Part shown: in pieces, positions 12,238-24,885 of the stretch | How the letters are laid out: every line of letters starts with the position of its first letter | Position numbering within the stretch: the first letter of the stretch is position 1 | Origin: Octopus vulgaris | Taxonomy: Eukaryota | Assembly: GCA_951406725.2 (NCBI GenBank) | Contig: OX597815.1 | Coordinates: 72,230,001 to 72,294,000, forward strand | DNA: 64,000 bases | Direction: 5' to 3' | Program-made: the position numbers and the translations under genes | The notes under the pieces: generated by a model | What the model was told of the DNA's origin: nothing | Database searches by the model: none | What the model saw: the letters and a program-made list of their open reading frames with translations, nothing else

Positions 12238-12470
12238 GGAGAGCTGGCAGAAACGTTAGCACGCCGGGCGAAATGCGTAGCCGTATTTCGTCTGCCGTTA
12301 CGTTGTGAGTTCAAATTCCGCCGAGGTCGACTTTGCCTTTCATCCTTTCGGGGTCGATAAATTAAGTACCAGTTACGCACTGGGGCCGATGTAATCGACT
12401 TAATACCTATGTCTGTCCTTGTTTGTCCCCTCTGTGTTTAGCCCCTTGTGGGTAATAAAGAAATAGGTAT
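12238..12470 (+). mobile_element. Nin/Deu-domain tRNA SINE
   Basis: GAGCTGGCAGAAACGTTAGC head, GAGTTCAAATTCC B box, core GCCTTTCATCCTTTCGGGGTCGATAAATTAAGTACCAG. Confidence 0.9.
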
Positions 12471-12659
12471 TCGAGAGCATAAAGATTAAAAGTTGTAGTT
12501 ACGAAAAAAGTTAACTGACATGGAGGGTTAGAACCCATCAGAATATTGGAAGAAATTTACCTGTATCATGATGATTTCAAAATGTCGATATCATCACTGC
12601 TGCTCAGTGCTCTGTGAAGACTGTAAAGACTGTAAGACGTGACATCAACAGCTGCAGCG

Positions 12660-13110
12660 AAGAGTAAGAAACCGCGGCCAGCAGGTAGGGATACACCAGG
12701 CGTTCTGACTGCATTCACACGCCGGAATTCGTCCGACAGCTGCTGGAACTCAGACGGGTGTGTGAAGCTGCAGGGGGATCTGGTCAAGCACTGGCTGGAG
12801 AGAGATGCTGTTGAAATGCCACGTGTTTGGCAGCAGGATTCACTTCCTAGTCATACCTCCGGAATGAGTACGAAGTAGTTGTTGGAGAATTTCAACGACT
12901 TCACCATTTCCAATTTCTAGCTTTCCTAATTCCCCCGAATTAGGGAGTTAGAATTAGGAAGCTGTAAATTACGACACCAACCCTTCTGCCTGCAATACTC
13001 AGGTTGAGTTGGTAGCCAACATCAAGGAGGTGATCTTACCTGTGAGGAACGCATGTTTAATGTTCCAGAGCCGTCTTTAGGCCGATGTGGAAGTTGAGGG
13101 TGCTTAAAGT
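12660..13110 (+). pseudogene. Tc1/mariner catalytic-domain remnant
   Basis: ORF 12639-12878 contains VKHWLER...VWQQDSLPSHTSG, followed by a degenerate F*xPNSP and a C-terminus homologous to 8080-8228. Confidence 0.7.
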
Positions 13111-13252
13111 GAATAAACTGTTATCTCCCAGCTATAATCTAGTTGATATTTTTTGCTTTTTTAAAATATTTATAATTTTGAATGGGATATTTTCTTTTCC
13201 GATCTTGAAAGGAATCAAATTTAACTCGAACACTCTGTATATATGTCGTGTG

Positions 13253-13294
<42 letters not shown>

Positions 13295-13859
13295 GTGTAT
13301 ATAAATATATGTATAATTAATAAGTTTGAAAATGGAGAGATTCAATGGATGTAAATTTATTTATTAATTATTTAACATTGCTTCACTTCGCACCTAATTT
13401 AAATTGCAAAATATACATAATAATAAAAGTTTGCAGTTTGAGTAATCTGGGTGGAAGAGCTTCAGGGGCACAATGGTAAAATTACAGATTTTACATTTTG
13501 ATCAATGGAAATACTCACTCACAACATATCTGTCTATCATGATGTCTGACTTTCTCATTCTTTTTGATGTGGACCATTTTCATACCAGCTAACCACTTAA
13601 TCTATTCCTTCAACATGAAAGCAACATTCAAAATACCGCCAAAATACTGCCTGGATTTACCTGGGATTATACTTAAGGACCTGTACCTTCATGGAAGTAT
13701 GGACCAACCTCCAAACCCTCTGGAAGAAGATGGGCTGTGAACTTTATTCTCCTGTCTGTATTTTTCTACTTACTGTTTTACTTTTTATTATTCTATCTAC
13801 TATTTTATTCCTTTATACACAGCGAATTCCTTCTCTAGAACTTTCATACAGACTCACCT

Positions 13860-13933
13860 TGTCTCTGACAGAATACCCAGTGTATGGAGATGCTAACCTA
13901 TTACTTGAGATATCCCAGAAACAGCTTAAGACA
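13860..13933 (+). ncRNA. Degenerate hammerhead with long stem II
   Basis: TGTCT-CTGACAGA-...-GAAAC-AGCT-TA-AGACA; 5-bp stem I TGTCT/AGACA closes exactly. Confidence 0.4.
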
Positions 13934-14164
13934 TCCAATAATTAATTAATTACTTCAAATTCCTCTTACCTACATACACACACGCACACGCACACACAGA
14001 ATAAGAGAGACTGTTCGAAGCGGTGTATTGATTTCCTGTATGAAGTAAAAGTCGGCAGTCAGAATTTTGGGTAATTAATTATTTAACGCTTTCTTCTTGT
14101 TTCCAAGAATCATCAGAAATGATATCTTTGCAGAAAAATTAAATGTCTTATATATATATATATA

Positions 14165-14798
14165 CTAGCAGTATCGCCCGGCGTTGCTCGGGTTTGTAAG
14201 GGAAATAACTATATAAGCATTTTTAGAGAGTTATAGCCAAAAAATAGCAAAAAATGCATTAAAAATGGAAAAAATATGATGGTAAATTTTTTTTAAATCG
14301 TTGACTCATCGTAGACATTTTTAGAGAGTTACTTCCCTTATATAATAGCGAAAAATGCATTAAAATGGAAAAAAACGATGGTAAATTTTTTTTTAAATCG
14401 TAGACTCATGTAGACGCTTTCTTAGCCATTTCTGTTTTGGTGTCTTCAAGCCATGAAGTCGTTGTTCTAAAAGAACACTGGTCTCCTTGACAACGCATTA
14501 CGACGTTGATTTCCTTACACTCCCTTCCCCACAGGTGCAGGTGTGAGCGTGGACGCCAACTCCGCCGCCATCGACACACGAAAAATTATGCATTAAAATG
14601 GAATAAAAAATGATGTTAAATTATTTTTAAAATCGTAGACTCATCGTAGACGCGCGCTAATATTCAGACGGGCTCGATATGAATCACGACTATAAGCTAC
14701 CCGAATTTGGTTAAACTGTACCGCAAAATGTGGGAGTAGTTAGGAATCTAAATCGAAGGGGACAGACACTCACACAACTACAGTTTTATATATATAGA
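14165..14798 (-). mobile_element. Non-autonomous Helitron, 634 bp
   Basis: Minus strand starts TC, ends with hairpin CCCGAGCAACGCCGGG then CTAG, and sits between A and T; three internal repeats of about 68 bp (14250, 14350, 14580). Confidence 0.9.
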
Positions 14799-14811
14799 TA
14801 TACATAGCGCA

Positions 14812-15185
14812 GTAGTGGTGAGATATGACAGCAAAGAAAAGCATACATTCACTCTCTGCATGCAATTAGACTCGGAAAGTTCGTGAGGAACCCATTGACC
14901 CAATTTGCTGACTTTTCCGATGGCACACAGGTGTCAATGAATGGTTGAATGACCAAATCCAAGCTTCTCTGCTAGTTCCTCAACAGTTACGATGATATTT
15001 TGTTCCACCAGGGTTTTCAGGATGTCCTTGTCGAGTTCTACAGATCTTTCAGGATGAGGCTCGTCTTCTAGGCTGTAGTTTATGGCTCGGGATTTCTGGA
15101 ACCACCATTGACACTGCCTTACGCTTATTGTCCAATCCCCATATACTGCATTAATATTTCTTGTACTTTGCACACATTTATATTC
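14812..15185 (-). pseudogene. Mariner transposase N-terminal remnant
   Basis: STRNINAVYGDWTISVRQCQWWFQK...SLEDEPHPERSVELD...LAEKLGFGHSTIH...KLGQWVPHEL. Confidence 0.85.
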
Positions 15186-15233
15186 TGTTATTGTTTTATA
15201 TGTTTCAGCCTTGAGGTTGTGGCCATGCTGGAT

Positions 15234-15269
<36 letters not shown>

Positions 15270-15422
15270 TATCTGTCTGTCTGTCTGTATGTATATATGT
15301 ATGTGTGTGAACAATAATATTTTCAACAGATGTGTTGCAAATGTATCTGTTCTCAAGCTTCAATACTGTGTGTGTGTGTATGTGTGTGTGTGTATGTATG
15401 CATGTATATGTATGTATGTATG

Positions 15423-15453
<31 letters not shown>

Positions 15454-15494
15454 GTGTATGTATGTATGTGTGTGTGTATGTATGTGTGTGTGTA

Positions 15495-15525
<31 letters not shown>

Positions 15526-15659
15526 ATGTATGTATGTATGTATGTATGTATGTATGTATGAGTGTATGTTTACTTTATTACTAATTACTCTCTTCCAAGA
15601 ACATTTTCACTCACTCTTAGCTCTTAGCTTCCCATACATTTTACTCATGTATCTATCAG

Positions 15660-15983
15660 CGTCATAGACAGAATACTTTCACTTTAGCCTTCCTCAAATC
15701 ACTCTGTCGCTATTTACTTTCATTTTATTCGTTGCCCACTGTGTGTGTGCGTTTGCGTGTGGTGTAAACCAGACTAAGAAAAGCATTTGACACACACACC
15801 AGAATGTGAGTTTTCTGTAAATTTTGCTTAATTGGAGTTTAAATTTTAAAAACTGGACCTGGCATGACGCGATGCATTGTACTCTCAAAAATGCCAGGTA
15901 AATTGTAATTGAAGAAATCCTATATTGTAGATTTGTATAACTCCCAAAGGGAGGCAGATAAAATCTGCCTTTTATAATAAGAG
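15660..15983 (-). mobile_element. Probable Helitron 5' fragment
   Basis: Minus strand begins A|TCTCTTATTATAAAAG, similar in pattern to the Helitron 5' end at 14798; no 3' CTAG hairpin seen. Confidence 0.4.
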
Positions 15984-16582
15984 ATATATATATATATATG
16001 AGTTAGTTGAAAAAATCTGGAGTTGAATGGGGGATAGAATTTGTTATTTTGAAACTATATGTACGTGTGTGTATATGTGTGTGCATGTATGTGTAAGTAT
16101 GTATGTATGCCGAATTTTTGGAGGCTTGGTTAGAGGAAGAAGAAGAAGAAAATATATAATTTACTGTTCTCTTAAGGTATGATCGACAAAAAAGAAAGCA
16201 ATCCAGCCAGTGAGTAATTGCTTTTTCTCGATTTTTCCTTGTGGTTTCTCGTGTACTAACGCCCTGGTCTTCAAATAGTGCTTAGTATGTGTCCTGAGCT
16301 TGACGATTGCTTGCAGACGCAAGGCATGCTATATAAATTTTACCTAATTACAGCAATGTAATATATATAAATATATATGTAGAATATATATAAATATATG
16401 ATATGCATGGTGAAAACATTACTGATAAAGAACTCAATACTTTGGAAGTGTGCATATATATATTTATCATATCACCTATCACCGTCATAATCAGCCAACT
16501 GTGAGGGAAACTCGTTGAGACTGTCATTTAAAAACAAAATTCAGTAAATAGAGTGTAGGCGTATATGTGTGTATAAGTTTGT

Positions 16583-16651
<69 letters not shown>

Positions 16652-17091
16652 TGCTGGTCATGTATATTGCGTGTGTCTGTATATGTGGGCAGGTATGGAT
16701 GCTGTAATATGTTTAAAAGTCAAGTCATTATTCACTAAAGTATCTGTTAATGGGTTTCAATAATTTGATGGCGATGAAATAATTTGTGTATATGAGTGCG
16801 CGCGCATGTATGCATGTATGTATGTATTATGTATGTGCGTTTGTATCAAAGTATGTATTTATGCATGTGTGTATGTATGATTGTATGTATGTATATACGT
16901 ATTATGAATGTATGTATGAATGTATGCTTACGTACATACATGCATGCATACATACATATATACATACATCCAGACAAGCATACATACCTACCTACATACA
17001 TGAATACATACGTATGGATGTATGAATGCATGCATGTATGTATGTATGCATGTAAGTACGTATGTATGCATGTGTTTTTGAAAATGAATGC

Positions 17092-17130
<39 letters not shown>

Positions 17131-17214
17131 GGTATGTAGAAAAATACAACATGGACAAGAACGTATAACTCTTAGAAGACGACACAATAAACACGGACAG
17201 GACATTCGAAACCC

Positions 17215-17269
17215 TCAGTCTTCAGTCAAGAACCGGATCATCGTAGTAATTTCGGCTGATTAATCTTGA
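17215..17269 (-). ncRNA. Second non-circularly permuted hammerhead, 5'-truncated by (TA)n
   Basis: Minus strand TCAAGA-TTAA-TCAG-CC-GAAATTAC...TCTTGA-CTGAAGA-CTGA; 6-bp stem I TCAAGA/TCTTGA and 4-bp CTGA/TCAG. Confidence 0.55.
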
Positions 17270-17815
17270 TATATATATATACGTGTGCATGTATGTATGT
17301 GTGAATGTATATTAATGTATGTATGTATGTAACTATGAGTAATTGTGCTATGTATGCGAGTATGAGTAATCGAATCAGTGTACATATAGTCTATAGGTAT
17401 ACGAACTGTGTGTATGTGCGTGTGTGCGTGTGTGCGTGTATGCCTGCATGATTGTATGTGCGTTGATTTCTCTGCGTATGTTTGACAGATTTTTCCGTAT
17501 CCTTGTATCCGTTGCTTGTGATACCATTTTGTTTATCCGACCTGTAATCAACGGGAAGAGATAGTACGAAAGAGGGAGAAAGAAACAGCAATTGAGGAGA
17601 TATCAAGGGGGAGAGAGAGAGATATAAAAAACTGAGAGAGATGTAAAAAAACAGAGAAAGAGAGAGACTGACAGACAGAACATGTAAGAGAATGTAGTGA
17701 AGCCTGAGATGGTTGAAACGAAAGCAGGTAAAAGGGAGACAGAGACAGATTGACGGAAAGCGAACATGACTCTTTGAAAGGAGATAGCTAGAAAGATAGA
17801 AAGAAAGACAGACAC

Positions 17816-18132
<317 letters not shown>

Positions 18133-18523
18133 GGAAACAGTGAGGAAGCTAGAAAGGGAGATCGTAATAGAAAAGAGGCAATGAGTGACTAAATGTGTGA
18201 GAGAGATTTAATGAAGAAAGAAAGTTAGAAGATGACTGAGGTGCAAGATAGCGTTGAAAGATAGATAGATAGATAGAGAGATAGACAGAGGGAGGGAGAG
18301 AGGGAGAGAGAGAGGTAGAGACAGAAGAGGTAAAGAGGAAGTGAAGGTGGGCAGATCGTAGTGTGAAGAGCATATCGAGTTGTTAATCTGGCATAGTTCT
18401 CAGTGAATATCAAAAGCTCAGATGCCGTCAATTACGCGACTAATTTTCTTCTCCAAAACGTTTCATCTTCACTGAAGTGGTTTTCGCCATCAAAGCAATA
18501 ATTACGCAGACATTTATTTCAGC

Positions 18524-18606
<83 letters not shown>

Positions 18607-19570
18607 TGAGTATGAGAAAGAAAGAGGGGGAGGAGGGAGAGAGATAAAGAGGTAAAAAGAGGGAGGGAGAGAGAAAACATCATAGAGGGTGGTACAATGG
18701 CGGCAGTGAAAGATCAGAGCGCAGGATTAAGAGAGAAAGAGGATGAGATTGAACAAGGAAGTGGGATAGGGGAGATGCGGTGAGAGAGAAGTAGATAGAT
18801 AAATAGAGAGAGAGGGAGAGAGAGAGAGAGAGGTGAATGAAGAGCACAGAAGGACAAACACTGGCGGTGAGAGTAGAGGTCACTTTTTGACACAGACCAC
18901 TAAACACGAAACACGCCCGCTAGTGGCCCTAAAGTGCCAGGCCACACACACAGACACACACACACACACAACACGCGCATACACGTACATACACATGTCA
19001 CTAGCATCATCATTAACACCACCATCATCACCACCACTCATGACACCACCAACCATATACCAACAACAACAACAACGTCATTAATACCACTAGCTCCACC
19101 ATTGCCGCCATTTTGTTTACTGCAGTGATAATAATTTGCCGACGATGTTTGCAACATAAATTGTTTGCATCACAATAGAAACAAGCAAGGTAATTTTTTA
19201 AAAATCTTTTTCTTTTTTTTTTTTTCGTTTTTTTTTCTCCTTCCATTTCTTTCGGTCATTGCAGAATTTCACCTCATTCTCTTCTATCACTAATTATCAC
19301 CCACCTTTCTCCTCGTTTTTCTTTTATTCTTTTCTACTCTTTCTCATACTTTTTCTCCACCACCACCACCACCACAAACACAAACACATTCCCCCTCTCT
19401 CCTTTTATCTTTTACTTGCTTCAGTCACTGCGGCCATGCTGGGGCACCGTCATGCAGGGAATTCGTCGAACAACTCGATCCCAGTTCTTCTGGTTTACTT
19501 TTTTTTTTAAAGTAAGGTATTTATTCTTTCAGTCTCTCTTACTTTTATTCTTTCCTCCTCTACACCTCTC

Positions 19571-19656
<86 letters not shown>

Positions 19657-20229
19657 CTCACCAATATTCATTTTACTTTTCTTCTGATTATTTCAGCCAT
19701 TGTTATACTTGGAAGGGGATCACAACCCTCGCTTTCTTCTATCCACAATTGGAAAAGCTCTTCGCAGTCACTCAGCTTGCTAGAGATAACAGCTATGAAC
19801 TCTCTACAACTTTCTCATCTTAAAAGAAGATAATAAAACATTGAATATAATATTCTTGAAAGAAAGAAAAAGGTTGGCGGGAATGACGGGTCTGCTTGAT
19901 CAGGACTAACCTGGGGTTACACAACAACAGCAACAATTGATGTATATCACTAGTGTTCAATAAATAATATATTGATTTCTTACAGTGATGCACGAGGTCA
20001 CATTGCAAGATCCCGATTGGTTGTATTGTTCTGAATAGATGACTGGTATGTATTTTATCGACGAAGGAAATAACGAAGTCAACCTGGGCGAAACTAAACA
20101 CAATAAAGTTATTATTCAGATGCTCTACGATTCGTATCACTCCGATTTAGAATCAGAGCTTACATGGGATAGAGGATATGGGGTTCAGTCGGCACGTCGA
20201 TCTGGGTTTCGAAAACTGGAAGGGGCGCA

Positions 20230-20770
20230 TGAAATATCTAATAGATATCTTTCAACAAAAGGGAATAAGAAATAACTATGTGTATAACATTTATGTGTGA
20301 CGAGACCGAATCAGATCGAAACAGCGTCTCTGGTGATCCACTAGCGTTCTGACCGAAGCCTTTTGTTTTTAACACACAAATCTCTTTGAGACAATTTCTC
20401 CCAGACAACGGATTACAGCGAGTGCCGTTTCATATTTGTATATAAGTACGTATTATATATTCGTATACACACCGGTATTTTAATCGAAGACTGTTCAAGT
20501 GTGTATATTGATATAATTCTAACGTGATTAGCTTTCACACAAAATGCTTTGTTTACCGATTTATGTAACGGAACAACCATTTTCGGTTTAGCTCACAACG
20601 TCTGAAGAGACAAGAGCAGATCGAAAGGTGTCTGGTGATTCATTGGTGTTTGGAACGAAGCTCTGAGCTTTTTAACACACATCTCTTTGAAATGTTTCTC
20701 TAAAACAAAATATTACAGCTAGTGCCATTTCCCATTTAAACAAATATACAAACTGGTATTTTAATTTAAG
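20230..20770 (+). mobile_element. Retrozyme-like element: unit of about 305 bp bounded by two decayed type I hammerheads
   Basis: GTGACGA-GACC-GAATCA-GATC-GAAAC-AGC-GTC-TCTGGTG at 20297-20335 and CTGAAGA-GAC...ATC-GAAA-GGTG-TCTGGTG at 20602-20637; homologous to 6860-7410. Confidence 0.65.
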
Positions 20771-20918
20771 GATTTTCCTGGGTGAATTTAAAAAGAAAAA
20801 AATAACCAAAGAAAAAAACAGACTCCTTTGAATAGGGAACTCCTTCATACTCGAAAGCACCCTTGTTTTGGCTTTCAAAATCTACCCCAGAAGTTCTGTT
20901 AACAAATATATATATATA

Positions 20919-21210
20919 TGAAAAAATGGATTGTAAATAAACGACATAAAAAACGTATAATTATACTGATTGTACAACCGGGCGGGAGACTGACACAGAA
21001 AGTCCCTAATTTTTCATCAGTTATCAATCAAATGGTAATACCCAGTTTACCATTTGGTTGATAACTGATGAAGAATTAAGGATCTCCCGTCCGATTGTAC
21101 TCTCAGCATACGTATACGTTTTTTTTTACCTGTCGATGTTTATTTACTATGCATTTTTTCATTTATTAAGTAACGGTACGCAATGCACACCCGACTATTA
21201 CTAACAGTAA
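20919..21210. mobile_element. Palindromic MITE (fold-back of about 245 bp plus outer end)
   Basis: TTCATCAGTTATCAATCAAATGGTAA / TTACCATTTGGTTGATAACTGATGAA at the centre; arms pair out to the ends. Confidence 0.8.
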
Positions 21211-21229
21211 GTTTATATATATATATATC

Positions 21230-21420
21230 TTCCCTTCTTTTGGACTTTCCTCTCTTTCCGAAGAAGAGCGTCTGCTCGAAACGTTAAACCATCTTTCTTT
21301 CCTTCCCAGATCGTCTGCTAATACTTTACATGTACCACGTCCTCGCGTTATTGTTTTTTTGTGTTTGTTCTTTTTGGGATTTACTATATGTGTGTGTGTG
21401 TATGTACATACATACATACA

Positions 21421-21453
<33 letters not shown>

Positions 21454-21612
21454 GTGTGTGTGTATTCTCTCTCTGCTTATTTCTGTGTTCCTTTCTGTCG
21501 AAGAGCGTAGGCTCGAAACGTAAAAGACTTTCTCACTTCCCGAGCGTTGAACAAAGACATGTTTGTTGTTTACACACCCGTCTTCGTCTTTTTTTTTTTT
21601 TTTTTTTCCAAC

Positions 21613-21644
<32 letters not shown>

Positions 21645-21700
21645 CTAAAAAAAAGAAAAAAACACAAGAAAATCACCGTGAGGACGTGGTACATACATTA
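21230..21700 (+). mobile_element. Cluster of Penelope-type ends: two minimal hammerheads plus an inverted tail
   Basis: TTT-CCGAAGA-A-GAGC-GTCT-GCTC-GAAAC-GTT-AAA (21255-88); CTTT-CTGTCGA-A-GAGC-GTAG-GCTC-GAAAC-GTA-AAAG (21491-526); 21640-21697 is an inverted copy of 21331-21388. Confidence 0.7.
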
Positions 21701-21793
21701 TATATGTGTGTGTGTGTAGATGGAGAGAGAACGAGAGAGAGAGAGAATGAGAGAGAGAGAAAGAGAGAGAGAGACAGGCAGGCAAGTAGACCT

Positions 21794-21856
<63 letters not shown>

Positions 21857-22282
21857 TACAATGAGTCACGAAAATTTTTCAACCCTCTGTTGAATTTTGT
21901 TTTGCATTCTTTCCTTCTAATTAGATGTGCTTTTCATTCTTTTGAGATACATATAAGAATCTTGTGTTTTGGGATTAATTCCAAGTTTTATTTGATAAAA
22001 CCCTTCAATGAAACCTTTGATTTTTACATGTATCCAAGTCATCAGCTGGTTTCAATATGGACAGTCCCGTTGAGAAATAACTCAAATGTTCGGTGAACAC
22101 AGTCAAGAGGTGGATTGGAGAAAGAGGATTGTGTTGTAAAGAAGAGATCTATGAAGCCGCAGAAAGGTTTCTGGTGGTGGTGGGGAGAAAAGGAAGGTGA
22201 CAGTGAAGTTATTAGACATCGGCGTGCAGCTGTTAGAGAACTTGTAAATTCTATGGATATGTCGCCAAATTTTCTTTTGTCT

Positions 22283-22686
22283 CTACTTGTTTCAGTCATT
22301 GGACTGCGGCCGAAGAGTTTTAGTCGAACAAATCGACCCCAGTACTCATTTTTCAAAAAAGTCTGGTACTTAACCTATCGGTTTGCTTTGCCGAACAGCT
22401 ATGTTACAGGGGTGTAAACAAACTAGCACCGGTTGTCAGGTGATGGAGGACAACTACACAGATATACATACATACACACACGTGCACATACTCGCACACA
22501 CATACGCACACACGCACACACTTACATATACGACGGGATTCCACTCAGTCTACAATATTCCGTCACAAAGCATTGGTCGGCCTGTGGTTATAGTCGAAGA
22601 TACTTACCCAAAGTGCAGCTCAGAGATATTGAACCCGAAACCACGTGGTTGCAAATGGAACTTCTTAACCGCACAGCCACGCCTTC
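22283..22686 (-). mobile_element. CORE-type SINE, diverged
   Basis: Homology to 10540-11002. Confidence 0.75.
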
Positions 22687-22866
22687 GCTTCTATTGAGTA
22701 AGGAGAATAATGAAAAACTTGCGAACATGTACGATGTATTGGAAGAAAGGACCAAATGATTTCAAAAACTAACAAACGTTAATAAAACCAAATGGTTCAA
22801 CTGGGCTAGAGGGTTCTGCAAAAATGAAGATGAAGTTTTAGTTGTCAATAATATGATCAAACACAA

Positions 22867-23263
22867 GGCGGCGAGCTGGCAGAAACGTTAGCATGCCAGA
22901 CGAAATGCTTAGCGGTATTTCGTCTGCCGTTACGTCCTGAGTTCAAATTCCGCCGAGGTCGACTTTGCCTTTCATCCTTTCGGGGTCGATTAAATAAGTA
23001 CCAGTTACGCACTAGGGTCGATATAATCGACTTAATCCGTTTGTCTGTCCTTCTTTGTCCTCTCTGTGTTTAGCCCCTTGTGGGTAGTAAAGAAATTGGT
23101 ACTTCATCTGTCTTTACATTCTGAGTTCAAATTCCGCCGAGGTCGACTTTGCCTTTCATCCTTTCGGGGTCGATAAATTAAGTACCAGCTGCATACTGGG
23201 GATCGATCTAATCGACTGGTCCCTCCCCCAAATTTCGGGCTTTGTGCCTAGAGCAGAAAAGAA
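22867..23263 (+). mobile_element. Nin/Deu SINE, dimeric form (two cores)
   Basis: GAGTTCAAATTCCGCCGAGGTCGACTTTGCCTTTCATCCTTTCGGGGTCGAT occurs at about 22939 and 23123. Confidence 0.9.
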
Positions 23264-23276
23264 TACCTCTTATCGC

Positions 23277-23637
23277 TTACTTGTTTCAGTCATTGGATTG
23301 TAGCTATACTGGAGTATCGCTTTGAAGAGTTTAAGTCGAACAAATCGATCCCAGTACTTATTGTATAAATCTGGTATTTATTCTATAGATCCCTTTTGTC
23401 GAACCGCTGTTACGGGGCCGTAAACAAATCAGCACTAGTTGTCAATCAATAAACACACACACACTCACATATACACACACACACGTATAAATACACATGT
23501 ATATACACGAGGGGCTTTCTCATAGTTTCCATCTTCCAGATTCTCTCGCAAAGTATTGGTCGGCCGCGCAGTGGGACTGAACATGAAACCTTGTGGTTGC
23601 ACAGTGACTTCCATAACCACACAGCTATGCCTGCACC
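23277..23637 (-). mobile_element. CORE-type SINE, diverged and internally deleted
   Basis: Homology to 10540-11002. Confidence 0.75.
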
Positions 23638-23839
23638 TATACACACTATGTTTGAAAAATAAGACCTGACGGCCATATTTGGAACGATTTTGGTCATAGG
23701 TCTGCTTGATCAGGGTCGACTGGGATTAAATGAAAACAACAACAACAGCATAAAAGAAACAATCTATTAATCTCCATCAAACATCCTAACCTAGAAAACC
23801 AATAAGTGAACCACATTCAGTTTTATAGCAAAACTCACT

Positions 23840-24151
23840 CGCACAAACATACACACACACACATGCACTACGTCACACGTACACACACATGCACATGCAC
23901 TAAATCACATGCACACACACATGTATATATACTAAATCATACGTACACACACACATATACGCACATGCACACACACACATGCACTACATCTCACGTACAC
24001 ACACATACACATGCACTGAATCACACGTACACACACGCTTGTACACGTACTAAATCATACGTACACACATGCATATACACTAAATGACCCATACACACGC
24101 GCACATACACATGCGTTAAATCACACATACACACATTTGTAGGTACACACA

Positions 24152-24208
<57 letters not shown>

Positions 24209-24364
24209 TAAATTAGACATACAAACTGCACATACATAAACACATACATGCTTACACAGATATGTGTATTAGAACACACATACATACATACATTTGAGTA
24301 CGAAACCGCATATATATAGCCATGTGTTCTAAGAGACACATACAGACGCACATACGTGCCAAAT

Positions 24365-24400
<36 letters not shown>

Positions 24401-24824
24401 TATGTACTAAAGCATACGTACACACATGTGTGTACTAAAGCACACACATGCATACACAGATGTGTGTATTAGAATACATATACGAGTATATGTACACATT
24501 TGAGTACGAAAGCTCATATACACACCCATGTGTACTAAAAGACGAATGCATAAGCACATACGTGCTAAAGCATACATAGACACACACATATATACATTGT
24601 ACATACTTATACACATGTGTGCTAAAGTACATTTACATACACGCATATGCACTAAAGCTTACATACATACACACACAGAAACTAAAGCACTCACATGCAC
24701 GCATATGTGCACCAAAACATACATACATACATACATGCATAATACATACATACACACGTATATACATACACATATATAGACACACATACACACACACATT
24801 CACACACATGCACGCATATAGTTA

Positions 24825-24862
<38 letters not shown>

Positions 24863-24885
24863 TATGTGTACTAAAACACACACTG
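23840..24885. repeat. Degenerate CA-rich minisatellite with recurring GCACTAAATCA/TACTAAAGCA units
   Basis: Directly visible recurrence of about 30 bp. Confidence 0.75.

Noticed and set aside
20039-20275. 78-aa complex-looking ORF
   Set aside because: It overlaps a Nin-SINE remnant and the leader shared with 6810-6925, where I saw no equivalent ORF in the track
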